Of a stretch of DNA of 64,000 bases, positions 1 through 13,043 are shown piece by piece (position 1 is the stretch's first letter; every line of letters begins with the position of its first letter). This stretch comes from Catajapyx aquilonaris (taxonomy: Eukaryota): NCBI GenBank assembly GCA_000934665.2, contig KZ538235.1:1-64000 (forward strand), read 5' to 3'. The notes below the pieces were generated by a model. The model searched no databases. It saw nothing but the letters and a program-made list of their open reading frames with translations, and had not been told where the DNA came from. A program made the position numbers and the translations under genes.

Positions 1-174
1 GTCCGCGTCACTCACTCAATTTGTAAACAGTGGCAACATTGGAAGCGCTCTCCATGGGCTGATGTTTGAATTGGCCCGCCGGACAGGGTTGCCAGGTAAC
101 GCCGCCGCCGTCGCCGCCGAAAAAAAACATTCAGCGACGGCTAATTTGTCCAGCACTGTACACTGTTAAATATT

Positions 175-910
175 ATGGTATCAGGTACAACGTTGAATGT
201 TATAGTCTTAGCAGATGCACTGTTACACGTAATAGTAACAGGTACAATGTTAAACGTTATTGTAGCAGATAAGCTGTTAAGCGTTATTGTAGCAGATAAG
301 CTGTTAAGAGTTATTGTAGCAGATAAGCTGTTAAGCGTTATTGTAGCAGATAAGCTGTTAAGCGTTATGATTGTAGCAGATAAGCTGTTAAGCGTTATGA
401 TAGTAGCAGGTACAGTTAAACGTTATAGTAGCAGGTACAATGGTAGACGTTATACAGGGTGGAACAACTTCAAGTGTCGTTTTATAACGGCGATTAATAG
501 CAGTGATTTTGCGATGACGTAGCAGCGACGTGTAAAATGTCCCACTTTCGATGGCGCCGAAGTGGGCCATTTTGCACGTCGCTGCTACGTCAATCGTAGA
601 GCGCTTCTATTAATAGTCGTTATAAAACGACACTTGAAGTTGGTCCACCCTGTATAGTAACTGGTACTGTTAAACATTATGTTTAGTGACAGGTTCAATG
701 GTAATGGTAACATGTAAACGCTATTTTCCCTTTCATCCTGTCATAAGGAAAATTTTAAGATGTTTCATTCCTTTTCTTTAAAAATGTAAATAAATGAAAC
801 ACTATAGTAACAGTTACACTGTTAAACGTTATAGTAGCAGGAATTGTTAAACGCTATTGTAGCAGTCACTGTTAAGTAATATAGTTGCAGGTGGTTAAAC
901 GTTATAAACG
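175..910. repeat. Degenerate ~27-bp minisatellite (gttattgtagcagataagctgttaagc core), interrupted by a MITE
   Basis: Near-perfect copies at about 256-400; looser aacgttatagtagcagg units on both sides. Confidence 0.8.
455..652. mobile_element. Palindromic Tc1/mariner-type MITE, family A (internally deleted copy)
   Basis: TIRs CAGGGTGGA(a)CAACTTCAAGTGTCGTTTTATAACG / CGTTATAAAACGACACTTGAAGTTGGTCCACCCTG, flanked by TATA on both sides; near-identical longer copy at 54936-55188. Confidence 0.88.
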
Positions 911-1274
911 CAAGTACATTTAACCGTTATTTACAGGAACAGTTTCGATTTTAAACGCTATTTTAATTTTAATTCTGCCATAAGGAAACTTTTATGGTGT
1001 TTCATTCCTTTTCTTTAAAAAATCTGGGAAAATCAATGATTCTAAACAAAGATACTGCCTTTTTTTGTAACAAACAATTGCTTACATTGGCAGGTTTTTT
1101 TTTCTGTTTTCGGTTTTGTTGTACAAAAGAAAACCAGATAGTGCTTTGTAATGGAGTGAGTGCGGCTGTCATTTTGAATACCTCTCTTTTTATCTGTGGA
1201 GTGTTCGAAATTGGGTTCGAAGAATCTATCTGATGATACGAGAATACACAGACCCTTTTTTTGTGTGTCGATAC

Positions 1275-1436
<162 letters not shown>

Positions 1437-2953
1437 NATAGGAATAGTGATAATGCTTAAATATTATATTTCCAACCGTGAGCATGCCACTGTGTGAATA
1501 TATTAATTTGTTAAAATGTAAATATTTGTGTTTGTGCGAATGAGTCAAATGTAATTTGAATTTTTCGTTTGACTTTTTGCAGATGTCAATTATGCACATT
1601 TTAATCAAATTCTCTAAAATATGTTTTTCCCCGAAATTGGTTTAAATGAAATGGGACCTGAGTGTAATAAACTGTATATTTGATAACTTGATTATTACTG
1701 GTATTACATACGTGTGACAATAATTGTACTTACCGACAAAACTCCTCTAGGAACAGTTAGACTACTAATCAATGAATGTAAAGCATGTGTCCTATATTCA
1801 TAATATGATTAATATCATAGCGTGTCTTAAATTTCTTTTATTACATTTTCTATATACAGTATTTATTTACCAATGAAACTTAACACTACAGTACAATATT
1901 GATGTTTCAACCTGTCCGTAATGATTACATTTTATTAACGTCGTTTAGGGACGCATTTACCTGCGATATTTAATTACCTACGAGCTGTGTTTGTCCTCCG
2001 CATTATTTTATCGTTTTAATCGTATTTATTAATTTACATGCCTCATAACATATTATTGAAGCCATTATAGGGATGGCTAATATGGAATTTATTTACGAAT
2101 AACTTGTGTAAATATTATTAAACCCGTTCTATGCTGACACATTTATTTTTGTATTATTTCATAACTATTTTATATTTTAATTTACTTTGAGCTGTTTTAT
2201 TTTAATTTCATATTTAATTTAATTTTTAGCAATTTATAATTCATTTTTTAAAAATTTTGTCATTTCTACTTCATCTTTCGTTTTTATTTCTTTACATAAC
2301 TGCGGACGAAATAAATATTATTTGCAAATCACCAGTGACTACCTATAACCGTTATCCGATATCCACTCTATTTCTGAGCAAAAAAGCAATTTCTTGAAGC
2401 TGTTTACCTCCCATGCGGTTAAACCCTGTAAGGCATCCTCTTCAAGATTTTTTTTCTTTTTTTTCTTTCAGCAATAATATTTTTCAAGCCCAAAGTTGCA
2501 GAAAGTTAAAGTTTGCCTGGTGGCGAGTAACAGAGTAGCGGGGAATTCCTTTGGCAACCCGAACTGCAGTGCAAGAAAATTCACTTGAGACGAGGCCCTT
2601 CCTTAGGCTTTGCACAGGCCCTACTTAGAGAGACCCAAGCCAGTCGGAGTCAACAAGTGGCGTACAAGTGTCCAATAATGCATAACTAAGCGGATTCCTG
2701 GTTCTCCTCCAAGGAAGCCACTTTAGCGAAACAAACGCATTAAGTTACAGGAAGGAAGGTGGAACTGCAATCTCTGCCTAACCTCCACGAAAGGTGTACT
2801 GTACAGGGAAAGTTCTCTGGAGGATTCTTGGCTCCTAAGTAGGTTACGGAAACTACAGTGGGAGCCAGAAATGCTGGACGGCCAGTTTCTGCAAACGTTT
2901 ACCATATATATCACATAGATGGCGCTTCTGTACACTACTGCCAACTCAGAGTA

Positions 2954-3498
2954 GTGCGGAGTGAGTAAGGTAGCAGAGCTTCGAAATGAGTAAGACTGTA
3001 AGGTAGCAGAGCTTCGAAATGAGTAAGACTGTAAGGTAGTAGAGCTTCGAAATGAGTAAGACTGTAAGGTAGCGGAGCTTCGAAATGAGTAAGACTGTAA
3101 GGTAGCAGATCTTCAAAATGAGTAAGACTGTAAGGTAGCAGAGCTTCGAAATGAGTAAGACTGTAAGGTAGCAGATCTTCAAAATGAGTAAGAATGTAAG
3201 GTAGCAGATCTTCAAAATGAGTAAGGCTGTAAGGTAGCAGAGCTTCGAAATGAGTAAGACTGTAAGGTAGCGGAGCTTCGAAATGAGTAAGACTGTAAGG
3301 TAGCAGATCTTCAAAATGAGTCAGAATGTAAGGTAGCAGATCTTCAAAATGAGTAAGACTGTAAGGTAGCAGATCTTCAAAATGAGTAAGGCTGTAAGGT
3401 AGCAGAGCTTCGAAATGAGTAAGGCTTGCAAGAGAGCAGATATTCGAAATGAGCAAGGGAGCACACCTGAAGGTCTGCTACCTTACTCATTTCCGCAC
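2954..3498. repeat. 33-bp minisatellite (14 units, gagtaagactgtaaggtagcagagcttcgaaat) enclosed by ~29-bp inverted repeats
   Basis: Units visible directly. The left end gtgcggagtgagtaaggtagcagagcttc is the inverted counterpart of gaaggtctgctaccttactcatttccgcac at 3469-3498. Confidence 0.9.
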
Positions 3499-5523
3499 AT
3501 GTGACGATATGGTAACCGGAAAACGACTTTTGACGACCAGGGTATGTATCTCCTCCTCTGGTGTGTCCAAAAAGGTCATTGTTGCGCATAATGTGCCGGG
3601 TACTGTAGCGCCCTCTGGCCTGACAAGGTTTTCCGGGCAGCTCCTGACCAAACCGACACTAAATTGCACTCAAGGCTTGAACCTCTGTCGTGTGTGTGTT
3701 GAGGCAACATCCAAGCCGCTCCTGGGTTATTAGGACGCCTAGAGGTGAAGTCCTGCTCTGAAGCGCAGAGGTGGAGAAGAAGAGTCGCAAGTGGAGACAG
3801 GCTGAGGGTTAATGGCGCTTCCGTCCGGAACCAAGGCTTACAAAAGGCATGTGAACTCAAGATGGAGTTATGGGGGTCGGGTGGAGACAAGCGAACCTTC
3901 ATTACTCAGGGTCTCGTGATTACAGTCCTGCCCTTCAAATCTAGAGGAGAAACAGGCCAAGTGGTAGCAGCTACTACTGAAGTAGATATCACATTAAATA
4001 TTTATCTCAACGTGATGTACAGGAGCGAAAATGAATGCAGGAGACCTGACGCTCAAATTATCCTCCATGGAAGGTGATCCTTCCTTGTAGGCTAACCCCC
4101 CACACCCCCTACGTTGGGCTTCGACCCTTTTGCGCGCCTTCGGTGCTTGGCATTCCCGCCCGTTGGTATTACACTCGATATTGGCATCACTGAAGCGAAT
4201 GTACTGTAGCTACGCAATCAGCAGTAGGGACATGCACAATACCATTGAAAACAGCTTTTACGGCGAGTGGCGCACTATAGTAAGTAATAATACACTTGTT
4301 CAGGTGGCGCTGGCGGGTGGAATGGGTAGAGCGATAGTGGCGCTCGTCTGGCGGTAGATCCGCGCAGTTCGGCGAGGCGGAGGCGCAAAATCTTAATTTG
4401 GCCGTAGCTCGGAAACTGCGGGGAAATGTTTAATTCTGAGTATATTTCGCTTACCAATTGCCGACGAGAGCTTTCCAACAAGCCATCTCCTGACCCGCTG
4501 TGACGTCGGAAAGTGCGAGATCTTTTCTATCCTCTCATATCCTACCTACTCGGATATGGGCTAATTTGAGTCTAATTTCAGGTCTGCTACCTTACTCATT
4601 TCAGCGACTGTTCCTCTTCTAAATTACAAAATGGCCAAGTTTCCGATCACATCTGCATGAACCCCCGGAAAACTCAGTTTAATATACTCAATATTAGCAT
4701 TTTTCCGGCCAGAAAAGAAGAGCACACGCACACACGCAGGTACGGCATAATTCCCTGCTCCCAGCGCCATAAATGCTAATGCCTTTAACTGAGCGCAAAA
4801 CTCCGGGGCCTCCCCACCTACCCCCTAATTGGGGAGGCTCAACTTCATTCCGGGGGAATTTCATTATGGCCGCTTCATCACCTGCGCAGGTTTACCTCCC
4901 TATAGATGTCGCTTTTGGCCTTCTCTACTTGAACAGGCTGCCAAAATTTGACAAAATTGGTTGCTATGGAAGCCTGGGCAAACAAAAGGTACTGGACACT
5001 CCTACCCAAGCCTTGTGGAGACCCCCGTGCCCCTTATCTGCTGTAGTGCTTAAGTGTGTGGCGATCCTGGCGGACGATTCAACCTTTAGTAGAATCCACG
5101 GGCTTGTAATATCGATGCTACTAAGGCAGAATCAGATGTGAGTTCTTTTGAGACTGCGCCATTTTGTGTCCTTTAGAAGGAAACGTCCCTGCCGAAAACA
5201 GAGTTGTTGCATCCAGCACTGCGAAATTGGGTCTGAATTGGAGTCGAAGCGTAATCTGCTCCAAGTACATGAGCTTCAGTCTTTTATTAACTGTTGACCT
5301 TCTTTTCCGGGGGTCTTGTTTTATCCGGGGGGGCCGAGAAAATCAAACCGGAAGCGAAGGACTGAGACTGTACAGGGTATTACCGGCAAGAGATTACTCT
5401 TTTGCAACCAATTTCGAGCCAGCTGGAAAGAAAATAGGCCACGGTTTCGGCCTCTAGTCTATTGGTTATTTAAAAATGTACAGTTTGGTCTGTGCTAGTG
5501 TCTTGGATCACATTCTGGATACA

Positions 5524-6184
5524 ATATGGCTTCTTAGATCAAATTCCGGATGGAAAATGGCGTATTGGTTGAATTAGAGATGGCGGACGGTTCAGGTTTC
5601 AAAATGGCTACTAATTATGTGAAATCCGCAATATGGCATGGATTCAAAATGGCCGACATGTGCTAAAAACAAATTGGCGCCTTTTTGCTCCCGATTTTTC
5701 TGTAACGGAGATGACAATCATCAAGAGTGATGTAATAGTGTAAATTCCGTCTCTGACGTCACATGTTACAATTTCACTCTCAAAATGGCGGCCTGGCTAT
5801 ACAACAAAATGGCGGCTGATAATGCAAATGGCGCATACAGCACGTAATGGCAGACAAATTTTAAAATGTCAACTGATAGTGACACCAATGGCGTTCATAT
5901 TACAAGATGGCGGTCAGATTTTAAAGTGGCGACCAATATAATGACAACATGTCGTATACAATACAAGATATCAGATAATTTTCAAAATGGCTTACGGTGT
6001 AAGTAAAGGACGGGTAACAACGACACAAAATGGCCACAACATTTCAAAATGGCTACCAATCACTAAGAAAATGGCGTCCATTACAAAATGGCAGCCAAAT
6101 TCCAAAAATGGTGACCACTGACGACACCATTTCAAAATGGCGACTAATAAAGAACAAAATGGCGTCCAAATTTCAAAATGGCTG
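5524..6184. repeat. Oriented array of about 20 (A/G)ATGGC motifs, mostly AAAATGGC, at roughly 20-bp spacing
   Basis: e.g. caaaatggcggc at about 5781 and 5805, caagatggcgg 5903, caaaatggcgac 6133, caaaatggctg 6174; all in one orientation. Confidence 0.85.
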
Positions 6185-6192
6185 ACACTTAC

Positions 6193-6400
6193 CTACAACT
6201 TGGAGGTATCCGACCTGGCTGATCATTGGCTCTGTGTTGACCTGGCACATGTAGTATCCCCTGTCTTCCTCCTGAACCGAGCTGACGTGCAGAAGCCACG
6301 TCTTGTGGTTGTCGTACGAGACGCTGAACCTCGGTATCCGAGTGATCACATGGCGGTGAATGGTCAGGATCATCTGCCTGTCAATGTGAATCCACGCCAC
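6193..6400 (-). CDS. DIP-delta: Internal coding exon: C-terminal part of Ig domain 1 of a Dpr-interacting protein (IgLON/Lachesin-like neural adhesion molecule)
   Basis: Minus strand reads ttttcttggtcccttggcag|GTG GCG TGG...GTT GTA G|gtaagt. 208 nt = 69 codons + 1. Translation VAWIHIDRQMILTIHRHVITRIPRFSVSYDNHKTWLLHVSSVQEEDRGYYMCQVNTEPMISQVGYLQVV has the Ig V-set core Trp and the DxGxYxC motif. It closely matches my recollection of Drosophila DIP-delta; the paralog assignment is less certain than the family. Confidence 0.93.
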
Positions 6401-8012
6401 CTGCCAAGGGACCAAGAAAACATGGGATTTATCAGAGGCAGAGTTTTGGAAGCTCCTTATTATTAACCTCTTGTCAAATCACGGCCCCCTTTGTGCCTCC
6501 ATGCCCTGATCCCCTCCATCTTAATCTCCCTTTTGTACCAAGAATGGCCTAAGTCTCTAAGATGATTCAGAAGCCGCAGCCTTCATCAATTATGCGCAAA
6601 ACTCTCAGAGTGTGAAAGGCAGCAAAAGTCAAGAGGGAGTAAATCCGGTCATAGAGTTGAAACCTAGGGAATAATTCAGAAGTCAAGAGTCACGAAAATG
6701 ATACCAGCTTTGAAGACACCCCTTGGCTAATATTGAGCCTTATTTGCTAAAAGGGACTTGTTAATTTTGTGGGGGGGGAAATTGAATGGTACAAACAAGT
6801 TGTAATTACATTCTGTTGCTAGTGAGGACGTTATGAGAGAGAATGTATGATTCGCAACGTTGCCAACTGTTGCCCAAGTTGTCACCACCTATTGTCACAC
6901 CAAAACCCCCAAGTGCTACAATTGCAACTTTCCCTGGCAACCCTTGCAAAATATAATACCCGGTGCTCTCTCCAGCGTTACCAACTGTCACCTATTTTAG
7001 TACCCCCCCCCTTTTCCCCACCGCAAACTTCAGGGAACAAGTCCCTCATGCAAGTTTTACCAACACCGACCGTATACTCCAGAACCTCCCCCCCCAAAAA
7101 ACTGAAAAAAACGGACATCAAGACGTGCTAAATAAATCCAGTTTTTTCCAGGGGGTTCAACGCCCCGGAATCACACCAAACAACATTATTGCGCCGTAAA
7201 AACGATGTACCTAGTGCCCCCCCCCCCTCCCCCAACAATACCATTAATAACCCAAAGTCCGACAAAAATACTGTCGATATCATTACACCCAAATTGCGCC
7301 CCGTTTTACATGCAGTTACGATCCCTATCTGTGTATTTTAGACCGCTTCAGGCCACGCTAACTATGGAGGGTGGTTGTGTTCGGGTGGCTGGCAGGGTAT
7401 AGTCAGTTGGATGGGGGGAGGGGGGGGGGGGGGGAGAGATGTCATATTGTAATGATATGCGAATGCATTTATGCGCGCAGTTTTGGTTGGGAGATTTGGC
7501 CAATCGGATTACCTTCATCCCCTGTGTTTTACAGTGTGTCACTTGCCTTCATCAAAAGGCCTGCGCCGGTAAATCTCGTGACAACCATTGGTCGGGGAGG
7601 CTGCGTTGATTAAATTGACCCCCCCCCCCTCCTCCTCCTGGACCGAAGGGAACATAAAATTCATTGGTTTTCGTTTAGATGGGGGTGATTTTAAAGTATA
7701 AATGGCGCAGTAAAATGGCAACGCCACAATAACATTCGTTGGCCTGCGGTGCACAAGACTGACAAACTGTTGGGGGATGCACAACCCATGTAATCTACAC
7801 AAAATACATTTCCAATAAACCTTATATTAACTTATATAAAATGCAAAGTTTGTCTGTATGTCCCATTTCCCTTCCCCTGCCGCGCCTGTCCATCCAGATA
7901 GCAACGGTGTTGCCATTTCGCAGGTTTTATCATCACTTCCCTTGCGAAGAACGTTCTTTGCAGGGGAAATGATGATAATATGTAATATAATATATAATAT
8001 AAATAATAATAT

Positions 8013-8177
8013 TTTTAAAACCCTCGTGATAGGGCCCGAGGCCCTCGTAGGGGGGAAGGGGAGGTCCCCAAGGGAGAGCGCTGCAATTATAGTCATTTCT
8101 GACATTCTTTATACACCAGGCCTTTTCTCCTGGCCCTGGGCAGAGTAGGGAGTGCAATTATGCCCCGGCATGTCGGG
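8013..8177 (-). mobile_element. 5'-truncated SINE (same family as 12775-13043)
   Basis: Aligns by eye with the 3' part of 12775-13043. Flanked by the 15-bp direct repeat tataaataataatat (7998-8012 and 8178-8192), read as a TSD. Confidence 0.8.
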
Positions 8178-11100
8178 TATAAATAATAATATACTGTACA
8201 AATAAGCTCCCAGCTCGCTCACTCTTGGGCATATGCGATATACCGTGCCTGTCATTGTCATAAGGCGAATAGGACCGGTGCAGTCACGCAAAAGCCATAC
8301 AGATGACACCGACACAAAAATGTGCCAGGAAAGTGTTCAGCAGAGAAAGTGTCAACAATGAACGGCAAAAATGGCCTTCTTTCAGCCCAAAAAATGTATA
8401 CTGAAGGCTATTGTTTCAAACACCTAACCTGACCTGGCCTATAACACTTTCCAGCCAAAATATTTACTAGAGGTGATGCTACCTGTAACCAATGACTACG
8501 TTTTACAAACTGGAGTTCATTGTCCATCCAAGTTAGAAGGACAATGAACTGTTCGTCCAACACATTCATTGGCCAATGATTGAATAGTTCAAACAATCTC
8601 CTCCCAAAGCTGTACATGAAATTCGTTAGCCAACTTTTTGTCACATAGGTTTTTTTTTAAAAAAAAAACGTGGACTTGTTTTTGTAAGACCTGGTTGAAT
8701 CATTCCTTCAGCATGGAAAAGCAGCTTGTTTGAAGAGGAATATTCCTGGGGTTGAGCCAGAATGAGTCAGCTGGACGGAATGATGCCAATTTTGGTGCCC
8801 CCCGAATTTTATCGACAATGATTGTTGGACGGGAGTTAAAGAGTTTTTTCGTTTAAAAAAAATGGCGTTTGCGCTCGGATGCGTTTCTAACGCTCCAGAT
8901 CCGATAGGAGGTGGCTTGGACCCCAAACTTTTTCTGGAAAAAAGCCGATTAAAAGCTTTGGATGGGTGACATTCATAACCAGGGAAAGAGGGAGTTTGAA
9001 GGGGGGTAAACATCTCAAAGTTTCGGATCAGTGGTCAGGGCAAAGGTCAAGCGGAAGGAAGGCTGGACTACAATCAGTTCCGCCATTGTCACAACTCCCA
9101 AGGAGAGTAACATTTCTCATTTCATTGGAGAAGACATTAATGTCAAAGGAAGACCTTTAGTTACTGAGGAACATTGGACAGAATGTAACTGGCTGGAACT
9201 TAAGTTATTACATTAATTTTAAATACGCGTATTGTGTATTTTGATATTTATTTTTAAATATTACAAAATTTAATTGACACTTGATGTTTCCTTCTTAATT
9301 GGATTCATTCCTAAATTTTTTGTTGTAGGCTAATATTTTGTTTGGGGGTGATATTTTATTCTATAATTATGTAACATTCAATTTGGTTACATGATTTACT
9401 CAATATTTTAAATTCATTTTACCACTGTGTTTTACAATATTTCATTTAACTGTTTTATTTCATTTAGTCGATTTTGGTTCCATTTATTTGAAAATTATAA
9501 TTGAATTTTATTTTGCTCCTTTTAAATTTCATTTTATCCTAATTTTACTTCGTGTGTTTGAAAATGTATTAAATTTAATTTTACTCAATATTTAACATTG
9601 TGTATTTGAAAATGTATTTAATTTAATTTTACTCAATATTTAACTTTAAATATTTTAATTTGTTAAATTTACTGCAAAATATTATATCTAATTTTAATCG
9701 CCGCGATAATTACAGTAATATTATTTTATTTAGTATATTTTAATTTTGCATAATACTCTGGAGATGTTTGGTGACAAGGGCGCCATTTTCTGTCAAAATC
9801 GAGCCTTGTTCGTGCGTATGGGGGCTGCCATTTTTGGTCCAATTCAAGATTCGAGTGTTGCCTCCTGCTTACGACGGTACAGTAAACAAGGCGGTTAATG
9901 GAGTGTGTTTCCCTAATTAGTTAAATGGTAGGTGTGGCTAGAAAGGTAGTTTATCCCGCTCTGCTGAGCATAGACAAGTTGTCGTTTGCCTTTGACCTGG
10001 ACTTCGGACACAAAGTTGGCCTCCAGTCGAAGCGGAAATTGCGTGCCCCTAATTTTAAACAAATTCAAAGCCTCTCTATAGGTGGGGGTCAATTTAGGGC
10101 CAAACGTGCGTTTCCTTAGGTCCAGTGGTGTGCCCTAATTGAGGGTTGCCCTAAGAAAGTGGCACGACGCAACTGGTTGTGTGCCCCCCAAATCAAACTA
10201 CAGGGTTCAGGTAATTATAGGCCCATCCTTGCCATGGGGGTTAATTAGGCATTGGGTTTTTATGGCCAATTAAAGGCTCTAAGAGAGCAATAAGCAGATC
10301 TAGAGCGGGGGTCCCACTTCACTCTCTTTTTTTGGTTCTTAATCTGCTTTATGGGGCTTCTAATGCGGGGAGATATAAAACCAGGCTTCAAGTACTGTCA
10401 TCCGGTCTTTGGCCAACGTTTTCATTTTCATCAACAGAGTAGTATTTTTACGGCCGGTTTTATGGGGATTTATAAGCGAGGTGTGAAAGTCAGAATTGGG
10501 CCCTTCATTTGAAATTAAAGCGGTAGTTTGCTGTAAAGAAAACATCTTTCGAACTATTTCGAGAGTGGATCCGAGTGCTATCAAGTGTTGGTTTTTTCGG
10601 GGGGGNGGGGTTTGAAGCTCAGTGTAGTAAAACCCCGGTACTTGGTTTGAAGGGGGTTGGGAACACTATCACCTGCTTGTATCTGGAACTAAGTTTGCGG
10701 AACCTCACGACACGGGAGTCTAAGCACACCGGAAATGTCGGGACTAAAAATGGCGTCCGAGTTAATGCGCTTAACATCTCATTCATCGTTATTTTAGTGT
10801 TTTTATTCATATTTATATTTATTTTATTCATTTGATTTAATTTCATATATATGGGTAACTATAATTCAAGTTATTTTGTTTTGTTTCCTTCATTACCGTA
10901 TTTATCAATTCATTTTAATTTATAGGGTTCATTGCTATTTATTTGTATAGATTATGTTTATTTGCGATCCATTATTAAATGTATATTTAATTATATTTAT
11001 TTGATATATTATTTTATTTATTCGATCTACGGTAATTTATTTGATCTATTACATTTAATTGATCTTTACTACCTATATTTTTATTCGGTTATTATAATAT

Positions 11101-11333
11101 TCACCCATTTATTTATTTCTTTTATATATCTTATTCATTTTTCTATATACCGGTAGTATTTTATATCTATTACTTTAGTTGTTCTAATTTTTATTTTTAT
11201 TTGATGAATTTACTTGCTTTTCTTGCATTCCTTTTAATTAAATTAAAACAATTGCCTTGGTTATTTTAATTACTTTAATTACTTATTGTAATAAATTGAC
11301 TTTTCTTATAAATGAATTACTCAGTGTGACTGC

Positions 11334-11650
11334 AATTAGAAATGGATCCAAAATGGCACCAAATGTGAGGTTGGCCATCTTCCTCCAAATCGCCGCCATA
11401 TTTGGTCCTACTCAGACATGAGATTAATTAGAAATGGATCCAAAATGGCACCCAATAGGTGAGGTCGGCCATCTTCCTCCAAACTTCCGCCATTTTGGGT
11501 CATGCTCAGATCAGTCAGATGTGACATAATAATTAGGAATGGGTCCCCCCCCCCNNNNNCCCCCCCCCCCCCCAAAAAAAAAATGGGCGTCAAAATGTGT
11601 GGTTGGTCACCTCCCTCCAAATCGCCTCCTCCATTTTTGGTCCAACTCCA
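11334..11650. repeat. ~93-bp tandem duplication plus a third diverged copy across an N gap
   Basis: aattagaaatggatccaaaatggcacc...ggccatcttcctccaaa occurs twice; a looser copy lies at about 11590-11650. Confidence 0.75.
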
Positions 11651-12774
11651 TACAATCTAACACGGGTTTGAAAATCCAGCCGGCCACTTAGCCACCAAGA
11701 TCCGCAGATTGCTTGGCTCCGCACAATGATTTTCGTCCCCCCCTTTTTTTCTGGACGCCCCCCTTTTCCATGTAACATAAATCCCTCTTTCTCTCGCTCG
11801 CTGCGAGAAGAAGAGTCCACCACCACCCATGGCCAGAGGGGGTCCTCCTGGTATTTGAAGAAGCGATTTCCGAAGCACTTTTCAAGCGAGCGGGGGGGTT
11901 CTCTTCCCCCAGCTTCTTCCCTGACACAATTCCGCAGACGTCCGGCCATTCCCTTTGTGGTAATTGCATTCGCTTAGGTGGCACTCGCTTCCTCCTGCGC
12001 TGCTTGGAGAGTGAACCAAGAATAAGAGGAAGAAGAAGAAGGGACACTACTTCTGGATGATGTATGGTTAGGGTTGGAACAGTCCGCAATCGACTCTTAT
12101 CGGGACCATATTTTCAGATATTATTGTCCCTTTTAGCTTTTTATTATCATTTGCGTCACTCGCTGCTGGGGGGCACTGAAGCTGTGAGTTACGTCTATTT
12201 TGGCAAGGTTCGGCGCAAAAAACTTGCGAAATCGAGACGTGTAGCGAAACATAATCTTCTAGGAGATGTCATAATGATTCTAGAAAACTTTTATAGACTA
12301 CGTTTTTATAACTGAAGACCACGCACGTTCACCGACTTTCCTAGGCGTGTATCCGCTGACGAATAGGCGTGTATCCCCCGGGAAGGAAGGTTAGGTCATG
12401 GGGTAAGTTGGTGCAGCGTGCTCCTACCCCTGACACATTCGGTCTCCCATTGCGAAGCTGAAACCTTATTGGTATCAAATGGGTATGAAATAGCCGCCTA
12501 TAGATGATCACAATTTTATGGCGAATGTAATTGCTAAATTTTTATCGGTAAAACAATGCTCATAGTGTGAGAAGCTTAATTATTTTACGCCAAAATTTTT
12601 CAATTAATTATAATAGCTGGGTTATTCTAAGTTAATTATTCTTAATTTCATGTACTGATCACTTTTATAATCAGTTACAATTCATTAAACTCATAGTAAT
12701 AGTTATTTATACCATTTTATTTAACTATTTTTCCAAACAAAATTTATTATTGTTCATTTTAATAATGCCAATTG

Positions 12775-13043
12775 TTGGTTTGTTTTTCTACCCCGTGATA
12801 GGCCATTTAGAGGGTAGGGAAGGGGAGGTTCCCAATGGAGGGAGCTTTTAATTAGTTTCTAGTCATTCCTGACCCTCTTAAATACCACAATTTTTGACTA
12901 GGGCCTGAGCAGAGAAGGAAGTGCAATTCTGCCCGGACATGTCGGGTGAAAAGTGGGAAAAGACCCGATCGAGCAGAGGTGACGGGTTCGGGATTTGAAC
13001 CCCGGACCTTCCGCTTGGCAAGCAGTTGACCACTATGTCCCCC
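12775..13043 (-). mobile_element. tRNA-derived SINE, apparently full length
   Basis: Minus-strand head gggggacatagtggtcaac...ggtccggGGTTCAAATCCcga (Pol III B box) and an A-rich tail. Perfect 16-bp TSD ttaataatgccaattg at 12759-12774 and 13044-13059. Confidence 0.88.

Noticed and set aside
175..522. Repetitive ORFs here and at 14486-14805, 32750-33058, 48735-49116 and 62356-62829
   Set aside because: All are translations of minisatellites, microsatellites or the SINE tail.
2935..3456. 173-aa ORF of LTHFEALLPYS repeats, and a CRISPR-like look
   Set aside because: A stop-free frame of a 33-bp minisatellite; there are no unique spacers or cas genes and the context is eukaryotic.
3500..5460. GC-richer ORFs of 60-120 aa as possible retroelement or transposase fragments
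   Set aside because: No recognisable RT, integrase, endonuclease or DDE motifs in the translations provided.
6137..6466. Plus-strand 109-aa ORF overlapping the Ig exon
   Set aside because: Antisense shadow of the real coding exon.
12980..13043. tRNA gene
   Set aside because: Only a B-box-containing, incomplete tRNA-like head inside a TSD-flanked SINE; no full cloverleaf.
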